Notes: generated by a model from the sequence alone, not told the origin. DNA of 47,392 bases from an uncultured Alphaproteobacteria bacterium (GCA_965603115.1 CBFDBT010000001.1:1-47392), one strand, 5' to 3'; positions 39,173 through 47,392 are shown, counted from the first letter of the stretch. Program-made: numbers and translations.

Positions 39173-39595
39173 ATAGAAAGTCCGTGGATGAGGAACCACG
39201 CGTATAAAAATAAAGAGGGTCCCAATAACAATAATAATAGGGACCCAATAACAACAAAATATAACAAGAAGGCCATAAGGCCACAAAAAGGAACACGACA
39301 ATGACCAACTTAGACCAACATAGCGCACTATATGGCACCAGTTTCGGTATTATAGGCTCTCTTGAAGGTTTGTTAAAACACTCACCGACATCAACAAGCG
39401 GTGTTTTAATAACAGACTGCTCAAAAAGCAGCATGACAGCCCGTCGTATACGTCGCCGCAACAGACAGCTTCGTATGCAATAAAAAGAGGCCGTAACCGT
39501 CAAAGCATTAAAGCAAAGAGCGGGGCCGAGGCACAAAGCGAGGAAAGGGGTCTGATGACAGCCAGACCCCAAATAACTTAAAAAAGGATAGACCC

Positions 39596-40297
39596 ATGGG
39601 TATTTTTACAAGACTAACCGATATTGTTAACTCAAACATCAACGCCATTCTCGATAAAGCAGAAGATCCAGAAAAGATCATCCGCATGATCATTCAAGAA
39701 ATGGAAGATACACTCGTAGAGGTGCGCTCAGGTGCTGCTCGTGCTATTGCCGATCAAAAAGATATCACTCGCAAACTTAAGCGCATTGAAGAGGCACAAG
39801 CAGAGTGGGCGCGTAAAGCTGAACTCGCCATTAGCAAAGGTCGCGACGACCTGGCAAAGGGCGCACTTATAGAGCGCAACAATCTTGAAGAGACTAAAGA
39901 GCATTATCAAGCCGAGTTTGCTCACATAACCGAAGCTCTTGGTCGTGGTGAAGAAGATATCTTCAAGCTCGACAGCAAATTGCGTGAAGCCCGCGCTAAA
40001 AAAGCAACCATCACTGCGCGCACAAAAAGTGCCGTCAACCAAGTTCGTGTTAAACGCAATATCCATGACAATCGCATCAATGATGCCTTTGACCGCTTTG
40101 ATAAAGTAGAACAGCGCCTAGATCGCCTGGAAGGTGAAGCGGAATCACTGGAGCTTGGTCGCACCGAGGATTTGAACGAAGCCTTTAAAAATATCGAAGG
40201 CAACGAGGCACTCGACAAAGAGCTTGCAGCCCTAAAGGCCAAAGTCAAAGGTCCTGCTGCCCCAAAAGCTGCGCCAAAAAAAGTCGCAAAAAAATAA
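39596..40297 (+). CDS. pspA: phage shock protein A
   Basis: MGIFTRLTDIVNSNINAILDKAEDPEKIIRMIIQEMEDTLVEVR... followed by coiled-coil sequence for the rest of the protein. Confidence 0.9.
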   Translation: MGIFTRLTDIVNSNINAILDKAEDPEKIIRMIIQEMEDTLVEVRSGAARAIADQKDITRKLKRIEEAQAEWARKAELAISKGRDDLAKGALIERNNLEETKEHYQAEFAHITEALGRGEEDIFKLDSKLREARAKKATITARTKSAVNQVRVKRNIHDNRINDAFDRFDKVEQRLDRLEGEAESLELGRTEDLNEAFKNIEGNEALDKELAALKAKVKGPAAPKAAPKKVAKK

Positions 40298-40339
40298 CAA
40301 GAGCCTAATAGATAACAAAAAGGCCAATGGAGACAGATA

Positions 40340-40567
40340 ATGGATGGAATAATAATTGCACTGGTAGCGGTCTTAATAGCGCCCTTTGCTATTCTGATGC
40401 ACTATATCACCAAATGGAAAGAGATGAATAGTTTCACACCGGAAGACGAAGCCAGTATCGGTGATATGCGAAGCGTGGCTGACCGACTGGAAAACCGTGT
40501 CCGTACCTTAGAGCGTATTCTTGATGATGAAGTTCCAAACTGGAGGAGTCGTAGCGTTGACTTATAA
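40340..40567 (+). CDS. pspB: phage shock protein B
   Basis: 75 aa with a single TM helix, then ...ADRLENRVRTLERILDDEVPNWR. Confidence 0.85.
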   Translation: MDGIIIALVAVLIAPFAILMHYITKWKEMNSFTPEDEASIGDMRSVADRLENRVRTLERILDDEVPNWRSRSVDL

Positions 40568-40943
40568 TAGCCGAACCAGACTATATAAAATACCATCCGA
40601 AGGACGCTGTATGGGTGTGTGCGCCGGTGTTGCAGACTATTTTGACATGAAGCCAAAATTTGTGCGCATCATGTTTATCATAGCCATGCTCTTTACCGGT
40701 CTATGGCCGCTACTCTTTGTTTATTTTGTATTAGGCTTTGCGCTTGATGCCAAACCGGGCGACCTCTATTCGGACGAAGAAGAAGAACGGTTTTGGAAGC
40801 AAACCCGCAAATCCCCTGACTATACAGCCGCTGAAATGCGTCAGAGGTTTCGGGATATGGAGCATAGGACGGCCGAAATGGAAGCCTATATGACCAGCAA
40901 GCGCTTTAAGCTTGAGCGCGAACTGAAAGGTTTAGAAGATTAA
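40557..40943 (+). CDS. pspC: phage shock protein C
   Basis: PspC domain RLYKIPSEGRCMGVCAGVADYFDMKPKFVRIMFII plus a TM helix. I chose the TTG at 40557 because GGAGGAG lies 8 nt upstream. The track start at 40521 and the ATG at 40611 are alternatives. Confidence 0.75.
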   Translation: MTYNSRTRLYKIPSEGRCMGVCAGVADYFDMKPKFVRIMFIIAMLFTGLWPLLFVYFVLGFALDAKPGDLYSDEEEERFWKQTRKSPDYTAAEMRQRFRDMEHRTAEMEAYMTSKRFKLERELKGLED

Positions 40944-40955
40944 AGTCTTTATTAT

Positions 40956-41080
40956 GGGTCCTCGGCCTTGCCTTGAAGTTTCACTTCTTCGGATTGGAGA
41001 TAGATCTTCCAGAATCAAGTATCCGATCCAGCTTGCTGGTGAGGCAAGGGCAAAGCCCGCCCGCAGCGAAGCGAGGACCA
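40956..41080 (+). repeat. intergenic GC-rich repeat, copy B (longest; closed by terminal inverted arms)
   Basis: GGGTCCTCG (40956-40964) and CGAGGACC (41072-41079) are inverted arms. GCCTTGCC and GGCAAGGGC also pair. The 30-nt core ATCCGATCCAGCTTGCTGGTGAGGCAAGGG at 41021-41050 is shared with copies A and C. Confidence 0.7.
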
Positions 41081-41128
41081 TAAATTATAAAAACTTCCTC
41101 TGATCCCCCAACTTTCCAGAGGAATTAA

Positions 41129-41173
41129 CGACGGTACCACTCCATAGTTTTTGGCAGGTATCGTCGCTTTTTT
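41129..41173 (+). terminator. rho-independent terminator downstream of the psp operon
   Basis: CGACGGTACC (41129-41138) pairs with GGTATCGTCG (41157-41166), 10 bp with one G-T pair. The loop is 18 nt and the stem is followed by C-TTTTTT. Confidence 0.55.
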
Positions 41174-41250
41174 ATGGTTTTCTTCATTTTCCCTTTTCAA
41201 ACCTCGCCCTAACCACTAGATAGTTCTTTAACAGATTGTTAGGAACGCAC

Positions 41251-41667
41251 ATGGCACTTGAGACACTCACTATTGACGATATTACCGAGACATTCGACTT
41301 TATGGACGATTGGGAAGATCGCTATCGCTATCTGATCGAGCTTGGTCGTGAACTGCCCGAGCTGACAGAAAGTGAAATGAGCGAAGACTATAAAGTACGC
41401 GGCTGCCAAAGCCAGGTTTGGCTTGTGCCAGAAATATCTGAAGGCAAACTTATGTTACGCGGCAATAGCGACGCGCATATCGTAAAGGGTTTGGTTGCCT
41501 TAATGCTGGTAATATTTTCAGGCAAAAGCCCTGCCGAAATTCTTAAAACCGATGCCCTTGCAATCCTCAGTTCCTTGGGCCTTAAAGACCACTTAAGCCC
41601 AATGCGTGCTAATGGTCTTTTTTCTATGGTCGAGCGTATTGGTGATATTGCACGCGCCGCGAATTAG
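41251..41667 (+). CDS. sufE: cysteine desulfuration protein SufE
   Basis: ...DRYRYLIELGRELPELTE...YKVRGCQSQVWLV... contains the SufE active-site Cys context. The ATG at 41251 is preferred over the upstream TTG. Confidence 0.85.
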   Translation: MALETLTIDDITETFDFMDDWEDRYRYLIELGRELPELTESEMSEDYKVRGCQSQVWLVPEISEGKLMLRGNSDAHIVKGLVALMLVIFSGKSPAEILKTDALAILSSLGLKDHLSPMRANGLFSMVERIGDIARAAN

Positions 41668-41696
41668 ACCTTTTCATCCCCAATATCTAGGCTAAA

Positions 41697-44462
41697 GTGC
41701 TTTTCATGGAAGACTTGGTAACAAAGGCTCAAGCCAAAAGCATAACCATTGACATGTTGCCAGCTATCGCAGTTGGCACACGCCGCGCCCTTGTGCTGAC
41801 ACCAGACGGAGAGCTGGAAGACATCAGCCATGATGAAGCCGCTGAGCGCGTTAGCCGCACACCGCATTTAATGGTCAACATGCCTTTTGTCTCACGACGA
41901 CTGGGCTTGGGCCCCATAAGAGCATACGACACGCTAGAACTATATGCTTTTGTGCGCCCCGCGCGCTTTTGCCTGCCAACCATAGGCGGGCTGCTCTCAG
42001 CCCTGATGGTAGATATTTCTCAAGCGAGCCTTGAAGATCAGGTGATTGCCGTCAAAGCCACCGCGCAACATCTACTGGCTGACCTTGGGTCCGAGACCTA
42101 TAGATACCGTGCTGGCGCTATGGACGTTTGCCAAAATATGGCAAAAGGTGGCTGGCTCTTTGGGCCACTTTGTGTTGCAGCTCTCGAAAAGCAGCCAGAA
42201 ATGAGCCGTGAAAATGGTGTTATGGTATGGACTGCCTTGCCAGATTGGGAAGACCAACCACCACAAGGACCCGCCGACAATCACCCAATTTCAGGTGATG
42301 AAGCAGTGATTCATCTTAAGTCCCTATTGCGCGAAGGCAGTGAAGAGCGCGAACAACAGACACGCTACACACAAGCCGCCGTCCATGCTTTTAGTCCCTC
42401 AGAGTTTAGCGAAGGCCCCAACTTGCAATTACTCGAAGCGGGGACAGGCACAGGTAAAACACTTGGGTATATTGCGCCTGCTGTCCTTTGGGCTCGTAAA
42501 AACAACGGGGCAGTGTGGCTTTCAACCTTTACCAAAAATCTGCAGCGCCAAATCGATCAAGAATTGTCCGCCGCCTACCCAGACCCGCGCACAAAGGCTA
42601 AAAAGGCCGTTATGCGCAAGGGTCGCGAGAATTATGCCTGCCTGCTTAACATTGAAGAAACTCTAAAGGCTGTCATGACGCGCACAGGCGGAGAGCGTGA
42701 CAGAATTCTGCTAGGCCTAGTGCTGCGCTGGGTGCGCTATAGCCGCGACGGAGACATGATTGGCGGCGATTTCCCAAGCTGGCTTGGTAGCCACTTTGGT
42801 GCGGGGCGTATATCCGGTCTAACCGATCGACGGGGCGAATGTTTATATGCCGCCTGCCAACATTACCGGAAGTGTTTTATCGAAAAAGCTGTTCGCAAAG
42901 CCAAAGGCGCTGAAATCGTCGTGGCCAACCACGCGCTTGTCATGGCACAAGCGGCTAATCGTTACGGCGACCCTGATCTACCAAGCCGAATAGTGTTTGA
43001 TGAAGGCCATCATGTCTTTGATGCAGCCGACAGCGCTTTTTCTAGCCACCTCACAGGTATGGAAGGCGCTGAATTGCGGCGCTGGCTCCGCGGAAAAGAA
43101 TCTGGCGGGTCAAGTCGCGCCCGCGGCATTAAAAGTCGTCTGGAAGAACTAATCGCTGGCGATAGCGATGCCAAGGAAATGCTTGAAGCTGTGATTCATG
43201 GTGCTCATGTTTTGCCCGCTGAAGCCTGGCTTAGTCGGGTCTCGGGCACAACAGCGCAGGGCAGCTATGAAATATTTCTAAATTCTGTGCGTGCTCACGT
43301 GCTATCCCGCACAGACACACGCGGGCTTCACTCACTGGAAGCCGCCATTAATGACCCATCAGAGCAATTGGTCGAGCGTGCAAATGCTTTAAGCCAAGAC
43401 CTAGACACACTTGCACGACCTATGGCGGCACTTGCTAGCAGACTATTACAGTTACTTGATGAAGAAGCGGAAAGCCTCGATAGCAATAGCCGTGCACGCC
43501 TAGAATCGTCGGCAAGGTCGCTCATGTTACGCGCAGAGCAGGTTAAGGGCTGGACACATATGACACTTTCGCTCGGCGGCGCAACAAGTGAGGACTTTAT
43601 CGACTGGTTCGAAATAGAACGCGTAGGTGGCAGCGAGCGTGACATTGGTCACCATCGGCACTTTATCGACCCGACTAAGGCTTTTGCCGAGATTGTGTTG
43701 GAGCCAACCAAGGGTGCGCTTATAACGTCTGCAACACTTCGAGACAAAGTAGAGCTATCGCCTGAGACCGACGATGACTGGATATCAGCAGATAGCCGAA
43801 CAGGCGTTCAGCATATGACCAACCCTCCAAAACGCCTATCGGTCAACTCCCCATTTGATTACGCTGAACAATCGCGGGTTATAATCATCACTGATGTTAA
43901 TAAAAATGAACCGTCACACGTTGCTGCGGCCTATAGAGAGCTTATGCTGGCTTCAAGTGGCGGCGCTCTAGGGCTTTTTACGGCAATCAGTCGGTTGAAA
44001 GCCACCTACGCTGAGCTTTCTGGACCGCTTGATGATGCTGGCATTCCACTTTATAGCCAACATGTCGATCCCATGGACACCTCCACACTTGTTGATATCT
44101 TCCGTCAAGAAGAAGCGTCTTGCTTGCTCGGAACTGACGCTGTACGTGATGGTGTTGATGTGCCGGGAAGATCCCTGCAGCTCATAGTATTTGATCGTGT
44201 GCCATGGCCGCGACCAACCATATTGCACCGCGCGCGTCGCGCAGCCTTTGGCGCAAAGAATTATGACGAAATGCTCACAAGGCTCAAACTAATTCAGGCC
44301 TTTGGTCGACTCATTCGAAATAGTGAAGACAAAGGTGTCTTTGTTATGCTCGACAACCAAACACCCAGTCGCCTGCTCGCTGCTTTCCCTCAAGGCGTTA
44401 AACCTCAGCGCATGGGGTTAAGTGACGCCATATCTGAGATAAAATTATTTTTAAAGACTTGA
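41697..44462 (+). CDS. DinG/XPD-family (Rad3-like) Fe-S DNA helicase with an alphaproteobacterial N-terminal extension
   Basis: Walker A LEAGTGTGKT. Four Cys in the expected insert (NYAC...GEC..YAAC...RKC). DEGH box VFDEGHH. C-terminal helicase blocks LLGTDAVRDGVDVPG and FGRLIRNSEDKG. The start is uncertain (GTG at 41697 or ATG at 41706). Confidence 0.75.
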   Translation: MLFMEDLVTKAQAKSITIDMLPAIAVGTRRALVLTPDGELEDISHDEAAERVSRTPHLMVNMPFVSRRLGLGPIRAYDTLELYAFVRPARFCLPTIGGLLSALMVDISQASLEDQVIAVKATAQHLLADLGSETYRYRAGAMDVCQNMAKGGWLFGPLCVAALEKQPEMSRENGVMVWTALPDWEDQPPQGPADNHPISGDEAVIHLKSLLREGSEEREQQTRYTQAAVHAFSPSEFSEGPNLQLLEAGTGTGKTLGYIAPAVLWARKNNGAVWLSTFTKNLQRQIDQELSAAYPDPRTKAKKAVMRKGRENYACLLNIEETLKAVMTRTGGERDRILLGLVLRWVRYSRDGDMIGGDFPSWLGSHFGAGRISGLTDRRGECLYAACQHYRKCFIEKAVRKAKGAEIVVANHALVMAQAANRYGDPDLPSRIVFDEGHHVFDAADSAFSSHLTGMEGAELRRWLRGKESGGSSRARGIKSRLEELIAGDSDAKEMLEAVIHGAHVLPAEAWLSRVSGTTAQGSYEIFLNSVRAHVLSRTDTRGLHSLEAAINDPSEQLVERANALSQDLDTLARPMAALASRLLQLLDEEAESLDSNSRARLESSARSLMLRAEQVKGWTHMTLSLGGATSEDFIDWFEIERVGGSERDIGHHRHFIDPTKAFAEIVLEPTKGALITSATLRDKVELSPETDDDWISADSRTGVQHMTNPPKRLSVNSPFDYAEQSRVIIITDVNKNEPSHVAAAYRELMLASSGGALGLFTAISRLKATYAELSGPLDDAGIPLYSQHVDPMDTSTLVDIFRQEEASCLLGTDAVRDGVDVPGRSLQLIVFDRVPWPRPTILHRARRAAFGAKNYDEMLTRLKLIQAFGRLIRNSEDKGVFVMLDNQTPSRLLAAFPQGVKPQRMGLSDAISEIKLFLKT

Positions 44463-44514
44463 GCGATATGGAATTTCCACCTAGGCTGCTCCATACACAT
44501 CATTGGAGAAGACT

Positions 44515-44925
44515 ATGTCAACCATCAGCCCTGAAACCGCTCTAGTTTATACCATGGTAATGGTTTCTATTTCAGACGATGAAATGAAAGACAGCGAGAT
44601 AGTACGCATGACCGGCCTCATCGGTTATTTACCCTCGTTCGCCAATTATAGTGTTGAAAAATTACGCATGGACTCAGCGGCATGTGTCGAGCTGCTTAAC
44701 TCCGAAGAGGGGCTTGATGCTGTTCTCGGACTAATTGATGAAGCCGTACCAGAAAGCCACAAAGATTTAGTTTATGCTATTGCCTGTGAAGTAGCAGCCT
44801 CTGACGGCACCCTCACACAAGAAGAATTGCGCCTGTTAGAACTAATCCGCCACAGCCTTGATATCGACCGCTTAACCGCCGCGGCAATAGAGCGAAGCAC
44901 TGCTGCACGTCAAAAAACATTCTAG
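44515..44925 (+). CDS. TerB-like (tellurite-resistance TerB / DjlA N-domain fold) protein
   Basis: Paired helices carrying acidic D/E motifs (MVSISDDEMKDSE... and VAASDGTLTQEELRLLE), typical of TerB-family proteins. The ATG follows GGAG. Confidence 0.5.
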   Translation: MSTISPETALVYTMVMVSISDDEMKDSEIVRMTGLIGYLPSFANYSVEKLRMDSAACVELLNSEEGLDAVLGLIDEAVPESHKDLVYAIACEVAASDGTLTQEELRLLELIRHSLDIDRLTAAAIERSTAARQKTF

Positions 44926-44937
44926 GTCAGAAACAGC

Positions 44938-45765
44938 TTAAAAGTCCGGAAATGCAGAAATTTCAGCTATAATGTGCTTAATTTCCTTCTTTTTACCCGT
45001 ATTTACAGCTTTTAGCAGTTTATTGGCATTTTCTTGTAATAGGCCATCGAAAGCATCTAAAGGATCGGCTTTAATAATTGAAAGCAATAACTCTTTGGCC
45101 TGACTGCGCTCTGCCTTCCCGCCTCTGGCCAAATATTTAGCATGTTCCAGGTTTAATGAAATTTTCGTATCATTTAGCGATCTGGCTTGCTCAAAATATT
45201 GACCTGCCTTACTGCGCGATCCACCAAGTATTAATCGTGGGAGGAATCCTGCTGCAGATATCTCACTATGCCACCCAGCAAGAGCTGCATGTGCCATGGC
45301 TTCATTTGGATAGTCTTGAACAAGTCCCTCTATCAAATGTTTGGCGCGATTGACAAGGCTCACTGAGCGCTGCCTCTTGGATTGATAGCTAATCACAAGG
45401 ACTGCGGATAGTCGATTTTTAAAACCACTACTATCAAGAGACATAAGCTTATCAGATAAGCGCTGGGCACGCTCAAGCCACTCTACGGCTTCTTTTCCTC
45501 TAGCAACATGACCGCCATAAGCAAGTGCAGCGCGCAGTGCCAGAGAGTATCCTTCAACATTATTCTGCGCTTCTGCCGCTAGGCTTGCCTGTTTAAAGTC
45601 CCCTTTATCATAGAGCTCTCGAGCTGCTTGAATGTCCTGTGCTACAGCAGAAAAAGATATAAGTTGTACGAGACAAGTTGATAAGATTAATAAAGTCAGC
45701 CCTAACTGATATGCTTTTTGAATCACCAGTTCACCTTTAGTTTTTGTGTTGAAGACAATGCTCAC
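44938..45765 (-). CDS. hypothetical exported helical-repeat protein
   Basis: An N-terminal hydrophobic segment ends AVAQD. The rest is predicted alpha-helical with TPR/Sel1-like character. No family recognised. Confidence 0.4.
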   Translation of the reverse strand: MSIVFNTKTKGELVIQKAYQLGLTLLILSTCLVQLISFSAVAQDIQAARELYDKGDFKQASLAAEAQNNVEGYSLALRAALAYGGHVARGKEAVEWLERAQRLSDKLMSLDSSGFKNRLSAVLVISYQSKRQRSVSLVNRAKHLIEGLVQDYPNEAMAHAALAGWHSEISAAGFLPRLILGGSRSKAGQYFEQARSLNDTKISLNLEHAKYLARGGKAERSQAKELLLSIIKADPLDAFDGLLQENANKLLKAVNTGKKKEIKHIIAEISAFPDF

Positions 45766-45813
45766 TAAATATTCACAGGAATTTTCACAGAAACATTCGC
45801 GGACAAAGTCTCA

Positions 45814-47262
45814 TTATGGCCGCCAAAAAGATGGCGCAAGAATAACTAGGACTGCGAAAAACTCAAGTCGACCGATGAGCATTGCAAAAGACAAGATAGC
45901 CTTTGCGCTATCTGGCAAACTTTCATAATTACCCTCTGGACCAATTATATCACCGAGCCCCGGGCCCACATTAGCCAGGGCACTGCCTGTGCCAGATAGT
46001 GCAGTAACCCAATCAACGCCGGTTGCTGTAACAGCTGTTGCCAGAACAAAAAAGCTGATAATAAAAAAAGTAAAATATGACATCACCGAACTGATAACCG
46101 TTGGCTGTATAGGCTGGCCATTATAACGAATTATAAATACCCCGCTCGGGGTTAACAAACGCGCTTTCCACGCTGAAAAGGCCTTAAAAAGAACCTGAAA
46201 GCGGAAAATTTTAATACCGCAACTCGTTGATCCTGCGCAGCCCCCTATAAACATAACAAAGAAAAAGAGTGTAGTTGAAAAGGCGCCCCACTGCCCATAA
46301 TCAGCTGATACAAACCCTGTGCCTGTCAAAATAGAGATAATATTAAACCCGCCATACCGAAAAGCTTCAACTAAGGTAAAGCCTTTAAATATTATCAACC
46401 ATAATGTTACACTTAATATCAGCAGCGCCAAAAACCCTAAAAAGGCACGCACCTGTTCATCTCGCCAAAAAGCAAGTGGTCGGCCACGCACCAGTTGTAA
46501 TAAAAGAATGAAAGGTAAACTGCCTATAATCATAAAAATTGACAATATAAATTCGATCACACCGCTGTCAAAATAGCCAACCGACGCATCATGAGAAGAA
46601 AAACCCCCCGTTGCAATAGCCGTCATAGAGTGAACCATGGCATCAAAGGCGTTCATACCCGCCAACATCAGCAAAAGCATTAAAAGAGCGGAGGCAGCAA
46701 CATAAAGCGCGGAGATAGCCACAGATATTTGCGCCGCACGGGGTAATATCTTTTCTGAGGCCTCATAGCCTTCGAGCTTAAACAGCTGCATGCCACCAAC
46801 CTGCAACATTGGCAACACAGCAACCGCCATTACAACAATACCAATACCGCCAAACCATTCTAATAGAGCGCGCCACAACAAAATACCTGGGGGTGCATCG
46901 TCCAGTCCGCTTATAACTGTAGCGCCTGTAGTAGTAAGACCAGACATAGCTTCAAAGTATGCATCAACAAAGCTCAAATTAAGTCCGGAAAAAGCAAAAG
47001 GAAGCGCTGAAAAAGCTGGCAGCAATACCCAAATGGAAACCGTCATAATGAAAGCTTGTCGAAGTGATAATTCAAGCTTGCCGTCTCTATTAGCAAGCAT
47101 CATCTGACCGCCGATAAGGGCTGTAAGACCAGAAGCTAGCGCAAATATCTGCCAATCCTTATTGTTGGCTGACAGATCAGCAAGGGCCGGTATAATCATG
47201 CCAATGGACAACATGATTATCAAAGCCCCCAAAACAAAAGCTACTGGACGCAGACTTAACAT
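45814..47262 (-). CDS. trkH: Trk-type potassium uptake protein TrkH
   Basis: Polytopic, with repeated selectivity-filter-like TTTGAT / ATGGFS / LTGTGF / GTGSALANVGPG segments. Confidence 0.9.
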   Translation of the reverse strand: MLSLRPVAFVLGALIIMLSIGMIIPALADLSANNKDWQIFALASGLTALIGGQMMLANRDGKLELSLRQAFIMTVSIWVLLPAFSALPFAFSGLNLSFVDAYFEAMSGLTTTGATVISGLDDAPPGILLWRALLEWFGGIGIVVMAVAVLPMLQVGGMQLFKLEGYEASEKILPRAAQISVAISALYVAASALLMLLLMLAGMNAFDAMVHSMTAIATGGFSSHDASVGYFDSGVIEFILSIFMIIGSLPFILLLQLVRGRPLAFWRDEQVRAFLGFLALLILSVTLWLIIFKGFTLVEAFRYGGFNIISILTGTGFVSADYGQWGAFSTTLFFFVMFIGGCAGSTSCGIKIFRFQVLFKAFSAWKARLLTPSGVFIIRYNGQPIQPTVISSVMSYFTFFIISFFVLATAVTATGVDWVTALSGTGSALANVGPGLGDIIGPEGNYESLPDSAKAILSFAMLIGRLEFFAVLVILAPSFWRP

Positions 47263-47274
47263 TGAAGCCGCACT

Positions 47275-47392
47275 TTAGTTAACAACCCGGGTTTCCGGGA
47301 TATCGAGTGAAAAAGATGGTACTGCAACATCAAAAGTTTCCCCCGCTTCATTTTTCATTTCATAGCTGCCAACCATAAAACCGGATGATGAC
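47275..47392 (-). CDS. apaG: ApaG (DUF525) C-terminal fragment; N-terminus lies outside the window
   Basis: Hand translation gives ...SSSGFMVGSYEMKNEAGETFDVAVPSFSLDIPETRVVN*. The G.M.G.Y.M....G..F...P.F.L..P pattern is typical of the ApaG C-terminus. Confidence 0.5.
   Translation of the reverse strand, partial: SSSGFMVGSYEMKNEAGETFDVAVPSFSLDIPETRVVN

Noticed and set aside
39187-39303. 38-codon ORF (MRNHAYKNKEGPNNNNNRDP...) at the start of the psp leader
   Set aside because: Its ATG lies only a few nt from the predicted transcription start, with no Shine-Dalgarno. The low-complexity Asn/Lys composition simply reflects the A-rich hairpin loop.
39333-39348. Second TGGCAC motif (TGGCACCAGTTTCGGT) as an alternative sigma54 promoter closer to pspA
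   Set aside because: The -12 element is wrong: GG-N10 is followed by GG rather than GC, and there is no TTGC. It also lies inside the 60-codon ORF. The site at 39157-39172 is far better.
39089-39572. Minus-strand ORFs of 79 aa and 144 aa in the pspF-pspA spacer, one very hydrophobic
   Set aside because: The hydrophobicity comes from reading the A-rich leader on the opposite, T-rich strand. They overlap the sigma54 promoter and the palindromes, and I see no RBS or family resemblance.

Overview
This window looks like chromosomal core DNA from a moderately AT-rich, probably marine alphaproteobacterium. That assignment is an inference from gene content: RegB/RegA, DUF3126, a PAS_5-type protein, the rpmH-rnpA-yidD-yidC-engB order, and PuuD/PuuE-type purine catabolism. 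From left to right it contains:
- senC (partial), a secreted ankyrin protein, a CobD-like membrane protein and regB-regA.
- A degenerate GGDEF/EAL-like protein next to a very AT-rich spacer, then DUF3126 and a DPP-IV peptidase.
- A minus-strand envelope-type cluster: an HGSNAT-like acyltransferase plus a tightly coupled trio of a small YLDPATGS membrane protein, a frameshifted SAM methyltransferase and a membrane alkaline-phosphatase-superfamily enzyme.
- A complete guanine/xanthine-to-glyoxylate purine degradation supercluster (allA, alc, puuE, uraH, xdhABC, guaD, uraD, puuD).
- A DsrC/TusE-like gene, tpm, a PAS protein and tRNA-Arg(ACG).
- A lipoprotein, an orphan histidine kinase and a TVP38 protein, then rpmH-rnpA-yidD-yidC-engB.
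- A lipoprotein S8 autotransporter and an amidohydrolase.
- pspF divergent from pspABC, with a clear sigma54 promoter.
- sufE, a DinG-like Fe-S helicase, a TerB-like protein, trkH and apaG (partial).

I found no transposase, integrase, prophage, CRISPR array or recognisable defence system.

The parts not explained by ordinary annotation are:
- The function-unknown three-gene operon at 9751-13079, whose methyltransferase is broken at a U UUU UAG site.
- A roughly 425-nt structured leader between the psp sigma54 promoter and pspA.
- A short GC-rich intergenic repeat family with three clear copies, and possibly a fourth.
- A DsrC-like protein whose catalytic Cys position is Trp.
- A degenerate GGDEF/EAL-like protein.

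All functional calls rest on motif recognition by eye. No database search was run.
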